Origin: Psammoneis japonica | Taxonomy: Eukaryota | DNA: 64,000 nt | Direction of reading: 5' to 3' | Assembly (NCBI GenBank): GCA_008632985.1 | Contig: QPGO01000027.1 | Coordinates: 372,001-436,000 of the forward strand | In this document: piece by piece, positions 34,161 to 46,980 of the stretch | Layout: each line of letters starts with the position of its first letter | Numbering within the stretch: the first letter of the stretch is position 1 | The notes under the pieces: model-generated | The model's input: only the letters and a program-made list of their open reading frames with translations | Databases searched by the model: none | What the model was told of the DNA's origin: nothing | Program-made: the position numbers and the translations under genes

Positions 34161-37100
34161 TGCAAGATCTAGCTTGAGATGACTTGACAAAAGTTGTGGG
34201 AGAACCGAGAAGAGACCCGATCAGTGCAATCGCTGATCGGAACTGACTTCTAACGGCTTCCTGAATGTCCAATGCATCAGTTGACATGCGTGTGTCAGAG
34301 AGGGCACACTCGGTCATAAAGTGCATGTGCCCATCTCATTCACTCTTCCCCTCCATGGCACAAGGAACGCGCGAACCATTGGAGCCATTCGACCAAAATT
34401 CAAACCCAACATGCACGGAGAAGGGAACCCAGACGTTGGGAAGAAACCTTCAACTCCGATGCGGCACACCACACGGCGAACATTAATTTGCTCAACAACG
34501 TGCGGTGCTCGCAGCACCAAAACAGCCCCGTTGGCGTGGACTTGCACAATTCGAAATGGGCCACAGGCTCGTTCTTCCAACTTTGAAGGATCCACCGACT
34601 TGATTGATGCATCTTGACCAACTGGACAATCGTGGGAATGGCGCTTCACATTCTGTCGTCGTAGATTCTCGTCGATCAATGCTTGTCGGTTGGCTTGCAT
34701 CGCAGCAAGGTCGGAGACAACTGGTGTGTCCAAAATCACATCACGTTGAAACACCAGAGCTCCACTTGAAACACCCACAGACCTTGAGTGGGAGCATTGC
34801 AAAGCATGAGAGGCTGCAGCAAGGGCATCGTCCACAATCTGCTCGGCTTGTTGAACATTTGGAGGTGGGTTGGCGACAACCACAGCGCGCATGATGTCAG
34901 CTGCCGTCTGGTGCATTCGTTCACAAACAGAGTTGGCTGCAGGATTTCGAGACGTCGTTGGCGCATCAGCAACACCGCTTGATTTAGCAGCATTTGGAAC
35001 TCCCAACCAATGAATTCTCCACCATTGTCATGGATGCATCGATTCGGTCTGGGACAGCGAGCTGACCAAAAGTTGCGAAACTTGTCAGTCACATGCTGAG
35101 AAGTTTTGTCATCAATGCGCACGAGTTCAGTCAATCCAGTGACAGTGTCAATGCGAGCAAGAGCGCTGAATTCAATCTCTTGGTCTTGAATCCGCATTTT
35201 CCATGGTCCAATGAGATCAGCCGCTGCTTCCGTCCACGGAGCAAAAGGTGCTTGACGTTGAGGTGATTCTCCACATCCAGGACCCAGTTGTCCAAATCAT
35301 TGACACGCATTGCAAACAAATTCATTGCAACGTCGACACAATGCAGGATTCAGACTCATGTGCATCGCACGACTCCACAATGGCCCAATGCGCGATGGTG
35401 CCATGCAGTGGCATCCGGCAACAATGCAGCAGGAGTGCAAATTTTCCAGGCTCCAGGCGGATCATTCAGATGCAAACGACAACAAATCAAGGGACGATGA
35501 TTCACAATCTTGACCACGAACTGCTGCGGATTTTGTTGTCTTTGTTGGTTCAGTTGGAGGTCTTCGAACTGGAACTGTTGTGTGCAACATGCAGCTGCCA
35601 ACAAGAGTCAATGCATCACGGCGACGTGTTGCAGCCATTAAATGTCACAAAGGGTGTGACAAAAACAACCTTTTGTCTGCATGCATGCTGCATTGTGAAT
35701 TCACAGCGGAGTGGTTCATCGCAACCATCAGGCAGGAGGCCAGGGGTTCGAAACCCTGAGTGGGAGTTGTCTGCAGCAACGTTGATCACTGTCAAACGTG
35801 CAAAACTCTGTGCAGTTCTGCACGTTCCTTCGCACGCACCCACACTGTTCCACCAAAAATGTGCAGTGTCAGCACACGTCAGTAAAGAGCCGTGTGGATG
35901 CGTGATGCATGGGGAGGAGTGCAACATGCAGCTGCCAACAAGAGTCAATGCATCACGGCGACGTGTTGCAGCCATCAAATGTCACAAAGGGCGTGACAAA
36001 AATGACCTTTTGTCTGTCACAAAGGGCGTGACAAAAACAACCTTTTGTCTGCATGCATGCTGCATGTGTCCTTAGCATCTCAGTGGGATTCGGCATTTCG
36101 TCCAGCCTCGGGTGATTAAAAAGCACTCAAACAATTCAGGCTCATCAAGCAGAGAGGAAAAGGCGGCGTGAGACTCATCAGAAGGATCAGTCGGAGCACG
36201 GCAACACTTGAACCTGCAAGTGCCCAACTCCAAATCTTCCTCTTCCTCGGCTTTGCTCAGTTCCTTGGAACCCAACTTTTCAAAATGAACAATTTTTCCT
36301 TTGCGTTCACTGCTTGGCCCAAGGCTCTTCCCCTGCCAACAAAGGACGCGCTGTGCATTCAAAGCATGAAAGGTGAGATTTTTGTGATCAGTGTGAACAG
36401 CAACATCAGCACCGAGCAACATGGAGCGAAATTCCTTGAAGCACATGACGACGGCCAGGAGTTCTTTTTCCATTGTTGAGCAGTTGCGTTGAGCCGCCGA
36501 GAGCTTCTCAGACCAACACGCCACAGGTTCACCATCTTGAACAATGGCGGCACCCATCTGGCAGTCTGATGCATCAGTGTGGACATGGAATGGCAGGTTG
36601 TGGTTGGGACAGGCCATCAATGCTTCTGCCGCGATTGCTGCTTTCATCTCCTTGAACACTTTCTGACATGATTCTGTCCATTGGAACTGACTCTTGCCTG
36701 TCAATTCAGTCAGAGGTGCAAGCAGGTGAGAACGGCGAGGCCACACATTGTGACAACAGGTCACTGCACCGAGATGCAACCGGAGCTGAGCAGTGTCCCG
36801 TGGAGGTTGCATTTGTGGGATCGCCTCGACCTTCTTTTTCCACGGTTTGATTCCAGTTGGAGCAAGCCAATGCCCCAGGAAATCAGTTTTTTGACACACC
36901 ACTCGCATTTCAATGGGTTAACTTTCAAACCATTCTCCTCGAGATGATGCAGCACCTTGTCAAGGCAAGAGAGATGGCAATCAAAGTCAGCATCAAATGC
37001 GCCAATGTCATCAATGTAAGTTTCAACATCCAAACCATGCAGAATCTTTTCAACAATGGACTGAGCAACATCTGGAGCTGGCTTCAATCTCACAGCCATG

Positions 37101-40100
37101 CGACAATGCTGGAACTTTCCGCACAGAGTTGCAATCGCAGCGAGCTCCTTGCTTTCATCGTCCAATTCCAAATTGCAGTAGAACACAGTGAGGTCCAGTT
37201 TTGTGAAGAACTTGCAGCCCGCTCTCCGCTGCAGCACATCTTGAACAACTGGCAAAGGATGCACCTTCCGCTTGAGGACTTTGTTGAGCTCCCGAAAATC
37301 GGGTGCCCATCGCACTCGGCCGTCCTTCTTTGGAGCAACAAAGGCACTGGCTGCCCATGCCGTAGGTCCACATGGTCGAAGTGCGCCGAGATTCACCAAA
37401 TGCTTTAATTCCTTTTTGAACGCTTCTTCATTGACTCGAGCAACAGGAAACAGTTTTGAGTGACATGGAACAGCATTTTCATCCACTTCGAGGTGTGCCT
37501 TTTCATGAGGACAGTGCCCCAAAGTTCCGTCAAACAAGGCTGAACATTTTTCCAACACCGCTGGTGGCTTCTTCTTTTGCTCTTCCGTGAGATGATCTAA
37601 GTTCCAAACCACCTCCACTGGATCCGTTGCTTCATGCTTGGCGTCAAGCACACAGGTGTCATGTCCATCATTGTATCCACAGTCCGACTCGTCTTCATGA
37701 TCTTCATCAAATTCATCCATTTGATCTAAAGCCACGTGCCAGTTGCAAGATTTGGACCAATGACAAGGTTCCTTCATTGGGATCACACGGTCTAGCCATC
37801 GCAGTGTCCTCGTGTCATAGTTCAGGTTGAGACCAATCTTGTCCAAGAAGTCTCAACCCAAAATGATGTCACACGCACACGGAGCATCGAATGCATGAGC
37901 CACACAGCCGTCAATCCTCCCAGTTTTGTCAAATTCCGGTGACACGATGTCGCTCAAGGCTGCCCAACGACCCGATTGGAAAGGACCAGCCACGGTTTGA
38001 AAAGCTCTGACTCCATGTTCGTCAACAGATGGCGCGGCTCCTCGAGGTAAAACTTGGGACGAAATCACAGTGTGAGAACCACCCGAATCAAACAAAACAC
38101 GCATCACACGATTCGACTCATGCCGTTGGATCAATTTTGCAACAAGCAGTGTAGATGGGGCCAATGCGGCACGCAAGACTTGCGAACTCATTTTGGGGAG
38201 AGGAACATTGTGTTCAAATGCATCTTGATCAAACACATCCCCCTCTTCACTCATGTAATTTTCTGCAGTGTTTTCAAATTCAATGGGTGACAATTCGTCA
38301 GGATTTTCAAAACAATCAAAAGCAAAACATTCATCATTTCATTCAGGTGAAACACAATCATTTTCTTCAACAAATGCTTCTCTCACAGGCAATTGGGAGC
38401 ATTCAGCTCCGGAGCATTCAGCTCCTTCTTCTCAGAACTGCCGAGGAAACTGCCCGTCCGGCTGAAACCTCACCACACCTCCGCATCGTGGAGGGCCTCG
38501 TCCGATCACATCGAAATGGTGCACATCACCACGAGGAGCTTCTCGAGCCTGGTTGTCATTGTTCACATTGTCTGCTTGAGCAGCACATCCGTCGGCCTGT
38601 CCTTGGCCTCCAAGGTTGTTGTTTTCATTGTGACAATGCTGACCACCACCTTGGTTGCCATTGTCATTTTGATTTCCATTGTTGTTGTTACAATGGGTGC
38701 CGCGACCTCCTTGGTTCTGGTCACCACGACCACCAAAGCGTCCACCACCTCCACGGCCTTGACCACGGCCTCCTTGGAAACGACCTCCGCCTTGACCTCC
38801 ACCGCCACGGCCTCCACCTCGACCGCCACTGTTTTGAGGCCCACGAAAGTTAGGGTTGTTTGGATCATCACAACATTGGCCCCACGCATGCCTTCCATGG
38901 TGCCACGGGACCGGACACGGATCACCTGCCTTTGGTTGGCCCTTGCTGTCCTTCTTGTCACGGTTGCCCTTTTTGTCACTCTAGTTTCCTCTGTTGCCAT
39001 TGCTGGACTTGCATTTCTTGTTGTCTTGACCGTCGGCAAACACCTTCTCATCACTCATGCAGGCTTGGACATCAACCATAGAATCCGTGACAAGGTTCTT
39101 GCCCGCACGAATGTGGGACTGCTGCCAGGTCAAAGGGAAGGTGCAAAAGATGACATTTTTCTGCTCCTGCTCTGTAAGTGCAGGAACAGTGCCAGGCAAA
39201 CGGTTGGTGTGACGAAACAACGTCTCCATGCGATCAATGTGAGTTTCAGATTCCACTGAGTGAGGCTTTTTGCAAGCAGGCAAATGCATCTTCATCGTGT
39301 CGTGAGCTGTCGGTTTCACGCAGCGCAGACAGCAGGATGAGATAGCCTGATCAAATCGAGCTGCCGTCCGTTGATTCTGTGGAACACCTGCGGCAACATT
39401 CTGCCATTTTGCCTCCGCAGTTCCTTGGAGACAATCCTCGAAAGCATCAAATAACTCCGTTCCGGCATCATAATCTGGCTGTCTTGCCACCTTCCGGAAC
39501 CCATCCTCCACGTGCAACAATGATTCAATCCCATGCTCTCCTGTGAAAATGGGACACATTTTTGAAAGTTTAGCACCATCATCAAAGGTTTGAGTGAGCT
39601 TCACTTCCTGTGGCTCAGAATCCACGAATTTGGTTTTATGTTCAATGCACGCTTTCTCCAAGGCTTCTTGACACATGGCGATCAACAATTTCAGCAATCA
39701 AATGATCAACAATCCACAAGATGAACGAAATAAAACATTCCCAATTGATCCACACAACGAGAACAATCAACAACCAAACAACAACAAATTCAAGAGCAGC
39801 AATGCGAGATTCGAGTTCAAACAAATGCTGCTCCGAATCGCCAATTTCACGAGCACAATTGCGCTGCTGCTCTGATCGACTTCGAATGAAATTTTCTGCA
39901 CGAGCTCGTAAACAAATTTTCTCTCTTCTTGACAACACTCTTTGCATTGTCATAAAGTTGACAATGCAATGAACAAGCCACAACAACGACTGTAATTACA
40001 GTGCAAGATCTAGCTTGAGATGACTTGACAAAAGTTGTGGGAGAACCAAGAAGAGACCCAATCAGCGCAATCGCTGATCGGAACTGACTTCTAACAGCTT

Positions 40101-40183
40101 CCTGAATGTCCAATGCGTCAGTTGACATGCACACATCAGAGAGGGCACACTCGGTCATAAAGCACATGTGCCTGTCTCATTCA
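34161..40183 (-). mobile_element. Full-length Ty3/Gypsy LTR retrotransposon, hypermutated and inactivated
   Basis: 182-bp LTRs at 34161-34342 and 40002-40183; TSD GAGCG at 34156-34160 and 40184-40188; PPT GGAGGGGAAGAG; gag (~39700-38400), protease LFDSGGS, RT (KKDGRVRW, TYIDDI), RNase H (TDASD, EKELLA, TDHKNL), integrase (ADLIGPW, HDNGGEF, NSVCERMH). Confidence 0.96.
35583..36064 (+). mobile_element. TRIM-like miniature LTR element nested in the Gypsy, opposite orientation
   Basis: Direct repeats 35583-35692 (110 bp) and 35920-36064 (145 bp including a 35-bp internal duplication), both TG...CA; PPT GGGGAGGAG before the second; TGTG flanks both ends. Confidence 0.85.
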
Positions 40184-40999
40184 GAGCGATGCACATGACA
40201 TGTCTCTTGGATGAGGGTCATTTCTGGCTCGCAGAAATCTGCATCTTGTCTGGTGTTGAAATTCAAAAAGTGCTCTCAACCCAACGGTGGTTCCTGCACA
40301 TGCTGTCTACGACAATGTTGTGCAGGTTGCTGGCATGTGACGTCGCAGAGTTCAATCGTGTTTGACTTGCAAAAACTGACACTGAATCAGAACAAGCACA
40401 CACAAATGAATGAACATGTGAACAAAACCGCCCAACCAAAACAAGTGCACATCTGTGTGCATGTGCACCACATGTAAAAAGCAAACCCACGAAACGACAC
40501 CGCGGTCGAGAGGCCATCACCGTCAACCATGGCGTCTTCCAGCGGTCCTGTGCAAGAACACATCACCAGGATCACTCAACAGAGATCCACATTGGTGCAT
40601 TTTGTTGGTCTCTGTGTTGCGTCAGTCCTCCAACTGATGGGTTCCTGTGGAAACCGGTCAGTCACATGGATGCATCCTCACCTTTGGGCGTGCCTCGGCC
40701 TTCGCCTCAGCGCACCCTCAGGTTCAGCCGCTCCGGCCTCTGTGGAATTTGCACGGGAGAACCGGCACTCAGCCTGCTGGCTTCGTGACCGGCTCCGATG
40801 ACCTCAGCTGATGCTTTGGCCATTCCCGCACAAATTCCGCATCGGCCGGTTTCCACACATGATCACACGGCAGCTGCACGAAATCACCGGAATCACTGAA
40901 CTCATCATGCATTGCGCATGCATGAACTCCTGTCACAACCCGGATGCTTTGCAGCAAACTCATGCACTCCCATGCCACAACCAAACTTAAATGTCACAC

Positions 41000-41172
41000 A
41001 CTCAGTCAGTCAGTCACTCAGTCAGTCAGTCAGTCACTCAGTCACTCAGTCACTCACTCACTCACTCACTCAGTCACTCACTCACTCACTCACTTACTCA
41101 CTCAGTCACTCACTCAGTCACTCAGTCACTCAGTCACTCAGTCACTCAGTCACTCACTCAGTCACTCACTCA
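41000..41172. repeat. (TCAG/TCAC)n tetranucleotide microsatellite, continuing at 41949-42004
   Basis: Seen directly; the array is split by the MITE. Confidence 0.95.
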
Positions 41173-41948
41173 GACCCTGTCCAAACTGGACCACACCTGT
41201 GTACATGCCTGACGTCATAGAGCCGAAAATGAGCCTCTTCGAAAAAATTGGTGGTTGTCAGCCCTGTGCATGACGTAATTTTAGGCCGTGCATGCTTTGG
41301 TGAGGAACCTTGTTCTGGTCAGAACAGGGTTCCTCGGAAACAGCATGCCCCAAACACCACACCCCCGAGTCGACACATGAGACGACCCAGAAGTGGCGTT
41401 TTTGATGCAACGAAAGTGCATGTGGCTGTGTCTTTTCCAAGAACAACCCACAACCTTCTCATGCATGACGCACTTGCTCTGTTTGGGTCGCTTTGCATGC
41501 CGTTCTTGTCTCATCATGAGGCAACATTTTTCCTGAACATTCTCTCAATCAATCCGCGGCAGATGCTCACACAGTGAAGTTGTTTGTACACAAGTCATGC
41601 ACAATTTTAATGTCATGATCGATTTTTGTCCTTTGCTTGGCTTGTTGTCGCCTCATGGCTGCGTTCTCATCGTCATGGTGGCATCTCTCTCATCATGTGT
41701 TTTTGTTCTGTTAATTCCAACTCAATCGATGTAGCCAGTTCAACACCCTGGTTAAATGATCAACCTCCATCACTGACAAAACATGTGGAATCACGGTTGC
41801 AACACATTCGTGCATGGATGAAGTGGGGGCATGCACAAAAGTGTGATGCAGTTTGGAAAGCACTGCACAGGCATGACCCTGTGACATCCGCAAAAAGGCT
41901 TCGTGACGTCAGGTGTGTGCACAGATGTGGTCCAGTTTGGACAGAGTC
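41173..41948. mobile_element. MITE / non-autonomous TIR DNA transposon
   Basis: ~50-bp TIRs: GACCCTGTCCAAACTGGACCACACCTGTGTACATGCCTGACGTCA at 41173 and its near reverse complement ending at 41948; flanked by TCA on both sides; no recognisable coding content. Confidence 0.88.
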
Positions 41949-43079
41949 TCAGTCAGTCACTCAGTCAGTCACTCAGTCAGTCACTCAGTCAGTCACTCAG
42001 TCAGAGTCTGCTGAGGAAGTTTGTGATGCACATCCCATGAGGACTTGAATGCCCCACAAAAAACCACTTAAATGTTCGCACTCTAGAAGCCTGTAAAGTC
42101 AATCCGTCCAAGCATTTTACACGAAAATGCCACATGCACTAAAAGACACACAAATTGTGTTCAAAATCGATTGTCATTTTGTGCATCACCTGGGACTGGA
42201 ACACGTCTCACAGCCGATGAACCAAGGCCCTCACAGCCTCTGCTGGCACCCTGGGACTCCCTGGACTTCCCCAATCTTGACAACCTCAATGTCCTCCCCC
42301 ATCTTGAATTTGATGATCAGCTACAACTGCCATTGTCAGGTCATTGGCACATGACCAGGTGTTGCATTTTTGCATGTGTCCAACAACTCCAGTCATGCAT
42401 TGCAAGGACGTGAACAGAAAAACCCATTTCTGCCCACTGTGTGACTGTTGGGCAACAGTTGATGATGGTTCTCATGACCCCAGAGCTGGCAGTTTGACTC
42501 ACTCTTGTCCAAAACCCTCCGCCTTGCTACGGCATTGGATGCACAAGAGTGACGTTCAGGGGAACGGACAGAAACGGTGCATCTGCGACACATGCACGGC
42601 ATCTGCGAACGTTCGAACCTCTGGTGGCCGTCGCCATGCACACAACCGTGGTACGATGTACGATTAGAGGAAGAACCAGGATTCTGCATATATGCTTTTC
42701 GGTCCTGAACTGGAATGGCATCTGTCAAGACAAAGTTTCAATTCGATAGCCACATGTGCATGTGGATGCACATTTTGCTCGATTTGTGTGCATCACTTGG
42801 ACGTAATCGGTGTGTTTTTGCACACCCATAGGCGATGAGCCAAGGATGATGACACTCTATACCATCATGGCTAGGTTGCAAGCTTGCTTGATCCCTAGTT
42901 TTAGAATAATATATTAGACAAACCTCGTGAGCTATTCACACAACCTCAAGTGATCCGAGGTAAGGTCCAGACATTCGTAGCTTACGAATAATGGACCACA
43001 ACGCCACAAAACAGGAGATGTCCAAGAATGGTCTCAAATCAGACAACAGCCAAGAAAGACTTATGCCAAGCAATAATTT

Positions 43080-44486
43080 TCAGTCTTTGCAGATCAAACC
43101 ACATCCAGAGATTAAAATGTCACACTGTACCCCTTGCGCCTTTGCTTCCCGCATCCATGCTATTCGACGTGAAAAGAGATCGTTGGCATGTTGATAGAGG
43201 AGCATGTCCAACCTGTGGTATTTGCCCGCCGCCTCGGCTACATCGTCCGACACGGATTTGTGGGTTCTCGGCTCGTATGTGAAACCCAGTGCCGTGCAGT
43301 TGTAGCAGTATGTAAAGCAAAGCAGCTCTATGCTCTCCGGCATGCGCTCAAATATGGCAAAATGAGGCATCGCTTCGAGGTGTTGAATGGCTGCCTTGTA
43401 GTCTGGCGCATCGACCCCGAGCTTGTTCTGTTCCATAGCCTGCGAGCGAGTAAAGTCCTTTCTATGCATGGCAAGTGAGTCCTCAAAACGTGTAATGGAA
43501 CCGTGCTGAGGTACCAGCGTTCCAGCCAGATTGCGGGTGAAAATGTTCCAGCGGTGGTGGGCGAATCGAACGTAACTCTCAAAGTCACTACTGACGCCCA
43601 ATGTGCCAAAAGGCCCATTTGTGTCACAGGCAAAGCCGAACGTTGTGTTTTTATCCTGACCGACAGGAGCTGATAAAGTCAAATTCTCCCACAGTTGACA
43701 AATTCCAAAGTCAAAATTCACATTGGGACGGCCGATTCTGAATTCTTTGTGGTGGTATAGGATTGGGTGACGTAGTGTTGTTCCAATGGCGGTAGATTCT
43801 AAGCTAAGACCTGCCTTCATCCCACGGAAGCAGTGACGGACATGCTGTGCTGTGTTGGAATAGTCAGAGTGGCCACCACTGCCTGGACAACGCACTACGC
43901 TGCCAAGTCGCCGGAACAATTCAGCATCGCAGTCCTGCAGCTGCTCCGACGAAAACCCCATTGTGGCGGTGAGACCATTGCTCACCGCTGGGATTCGCGT
44001 GGGTCCTATACGCTTGACACATGCATGTCTACACCCACCCGACCGTACAAAAGGTGTCATGTTGCCCCCACGTGACATGTAATCCTCCATGCTAGTGCTG
44101 CCCGTGTTGGGCATGGCAAGCTGACACCACGCCACGGCATTTTGTATCACATTATGCGTCATGGCTTGCCCAAAAGCTGGTATGTTCCCGGTCGTCTGCG
44201 TTGGACTCAAGGGTAGAGCCGGCGGAAGTAGCTCCGTCACAGCTCGGCATTGGCCACCCTGGTCGCTGCCACCACTTTGAGTGGTTGTGTTTAATTCATC
44301 AAGTGACGAAGGCATGCGTTCTGGGGATGAGCCAACAACAGCGTGCTGTGACGGCTGGTGATGTGACGGACCGTCCTGCTGCTCTTCGTGATGCAAGCCG
44401 TCAAGATCACGCATCAGGTGCACCCACACGAAAAAAACAGTCATCAACAGCACGATCCACAGGAACTTACGGAACCGAAACAGCAT
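43080..44486 (-). CDS. Golgi-type (type II membrane) sulfotransferase family protein
   Basis: N-terminal TM anchor; 5'-PSB-like MPNTGSTS; 3'-PB-like TTLRHPI; C-terminal ERMPESIELL and LDMLLYQHANDLF. Confidence 0.75.
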   Translation of the reverse strand: MLFRFRKFLWIVLLMTVFFVWVHLMRDLDGLHHEEQQDGPSHHQPSQHAVVGSSPERMPSSLDELNTTTQSGGSDQGGQCRAVTELLPPALPLSPTQTTGNIPAFGQAMTHNVIQNAVAWCQLAMPNTGSTSMEDYMSRGGNMTPFVRSGGCRHACVKRIGPTRIPAVSNGLTATMGFSSEQLQDCDAELFRRLGSVVRCPGSGGHSDYSNTAQHVRHCFRGMKAGLSLESTAIGTTLRHPILYHHKEFRIGRPNVNFDFGICQLWENLTLSAPVGQDKNTTFGFACDTNGPFGTLGVSSDFESYVRFAHHRWNIFTRNLAGTLVPQHGSITRFEDSLAMHRKDFTRSQAMEQNKLGVDAPDYKAAIQHLEAMPHFAIFERMPESIELLCFTYCYNCTALGFTYEPRTHKSVSDDVAEAAGKYHRLDMLLYQHANDLFSRRIAWMREAKAQGVQCDILISGCGLICKD

Positions 44487-44963
44487 GGTTTCTCTATCTC
44501 ATTTGCATTAAGTACGAGTTAAGTGTCTCTACTAGCTACCGGTATGGTAGTACAGTACCGGTAGAGAGTTGAGAGCTTGGTTGAGAGGGCATGGAAGTGA
44601 GTTAGTGGTGGGCGGTGGGCGGCAAGCAAGGGCGGGGCAGGAAAGAGGAAAACAATATTGTACAGTAGTAGTCGTCTCACGTAGACACATACGGGCTTCA
44701 CCGCTTCCCCACTGCCTGCGTGAAGCTTACAGTAGGCCCTCTCCACAGTAGAGCTGAAGCTCACAGAGTAGCAAGTTGAAAGTGGTATCAAGAACACACT
44801 CAGTAGGTTAGATTGCCACATCTCTATCAACGATGCACTAAAATCTTTAAAATGCCCCTCGACGTGAGATTCCTCCTTGTCCGTGCTATCAGAGGACTCA
44901 TCAAGTGTAACAAGAACGCACACAATTAGTTTAGATTGCCACCTCTCTATTGACGAATGCTAT

Positions 44964-46447
44964 TTAATACCCCCCGTCGTAAGATTCGTCCTCGTCGTAT
45001 GTATCATCAGAAGCATCGTCAAAAGTACCGGCGTCATCGTAACCACCCTCGATATCATCATTGTAAGACTGTGTGTTGCTAGCAAACTTTGGTTGTGCCT
45101 CATTGACACGAATGATACGTCCTTCTAGATCATAACCATCGCATTCATCCATAGCGGCATTGGCTGCCTCGGGACTCATGGTCACAAAGGCGAAACCACG
45201 AGACGCCCCAGTTTCTCTGTCGGTTGGCATGTAGCAATCGAAAACTTCACCATATTCTTCGAAGAGACCCTGGATAGTATCCAAAGTCGTGTAAAAGGAG
45301 AGATTCCCAACGTAAAGCTTAGTGCGATCGGCATATTTGCGTGGTGGGGCTTTCTTGCCTCGGGGCAAAGGCTCACTGACCGCAAGAACGCGCCCTTGGT
45401 ATTCCGCCCCGTTGGTGGCCTCAATGGCCTTCAAGGTATCATCAGCATTCATGGTTACAAATGCAAAACCACGTGGCCGCCCAGTGTTAATGTTTGATGG
45501 CATATACACCTCCTTCACCTCACCATACTCTTCATAATATTCCGTCAATTCATCCGGCGTTGTGTCGAAGGGAAGGTTTCCGACGTAAATCTTTTTGCTT
45601 CCGTCATCCAGCCCGTCTAAGTTTTCGCAAGAAGAAAAAAAAGATCGCAGTTCTTGAGAAAGAGCTCAACAGCAAAAATCATAGAGAAAAGTCCCATTCA
45701 ACAAAATAGGCGTATTATTCGATGTTCCAAGCATACGTACCAAACGAGGCTTTCTTCTTCTTGATCTGGTCCTTGGGGAGAGTTTCAGCGACACGAATGT
45801 TGCGTCCACCAAATTCGCTACCATTCAAATTCTCGATACAGGATTCGAGTTCTTCCTTTGTGCTCATATCAACAAAAGCAAAACCACGGGATCTTCCTGT
45901 ATTCATGTCGCGAGGTACGCTCACGAGTTCCACTTTGCCGTATTCTGCAAACAAATCGCGAACTTGGGCGTCCGTAGTATCTACAGAAAAAAGTCAAAAA
46001 AATGTGAATAACACTCCATTTTCATAAGCTCCTATTCAGGGGTCGCAGTTTTGAGGACTTACCAAAGGAGAGATTTCCAACGAAACATGTAATGCGTTCT
46101 TTCGGAGCGGGTGCTACTGGGGCCTCCTCTTCGACAGCTTCTTCGGACGATTCTTCTTCAACGGCAGCAACAGCAACCTCGGTCTCTGACGATCCCTCGG
46201 TTTCTGATAATTCTTCTGACACTGCTTCTGTCTCTGGTACTTCTGCAACTTCAGGAACCTCCTCAACAGTAGACGACTCATCGGCGGCCTCGACTGGCTC
46301 GGCAGAAACTTGAGTGACAAAAGAACATTTCTGCTGTGCAACACCAAAGGGTGAAAGGTGACTACTAGTAGGTGCGACGAAGGCGGAAGTGAGGGTCACA
46401 GCAGACTGTGCCGCAAGGAACAAAATTGCTCCTTTGTTGAACAACAT
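44964..46447 (-). CDS. Plastid-targeted RNA-binding protein with three RRMs (exons 46447-46063, 45980-45741, 45616-44964)
   Basis: Signal peptide plus TSAFVAP (ASAFAP-type) presequence; three RNP2/RNP1 pairs (VGNL[S/P]F; RGFAFV); two GT-AG introns restore the frame. Confidence 0.92.
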
Positions 46448-46980
46448 GGTGAAGAAAAACTCAGAATAAATGAGTGGATAGCAGAAAAGATAAGACCGAC
46501 AACCAACGTTGATGTGAAGACTACAAGCGCTCCTCTTGTGATGTGTTGGTTGCAGAAAACGTGAACGTGCGTCACGACGTAGAGGCTGGTACAAAATCAC
46601 GTAGACAGAAATGGCGGGAAAAATGGACGGGCCCAAAAGGTCGGTCTGTCCTCCTACCGAGAAGCACTGCTCTCATCCACGTGGCGAACTTTCAACCGGT
46701 AGACGGACAGGGATCGGAACTAGTAGATTGATTCATATCAACACTCAGATGTTGCGACTACAAGTGCTAGAGTAGAGGAGAAGAGAAATAGTGTTGTAAG
46801 CTATATAAGCGTCTTTGAACGAGGTAAACAAAAACATGTTATGACCTTTTGGAGAGTCGGCTAGCATGAAAACAAACTCAAGCACACAATTTTCCGCCAA
46901 TTTGAATATTCAAGGAACTAGCATTCCGACCCTCACTCCAGACGAGTAGGCCCGAACGCCAATTTGAGCTCTCTGCCACT

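Noticed and set aside
35700..35765. A functional tRNA gene inside the TRIM
   Set aside because: No proper acceptor or anticodon stem; kept only as tRNA-like A/B boxes.
38393..39259. 288-aa Thr/Ser-rich plus-strand ORF
   Set aside because: Antisense shadow of the Gly/Arg-rich Gypsy gag region.
41000..41172. CRISPR array or telomeric repeat
   Set aside because: Simple 4-nt microsatellite without unique spacers, in a eukaryotic interstitial context; not TTAGGG-like.
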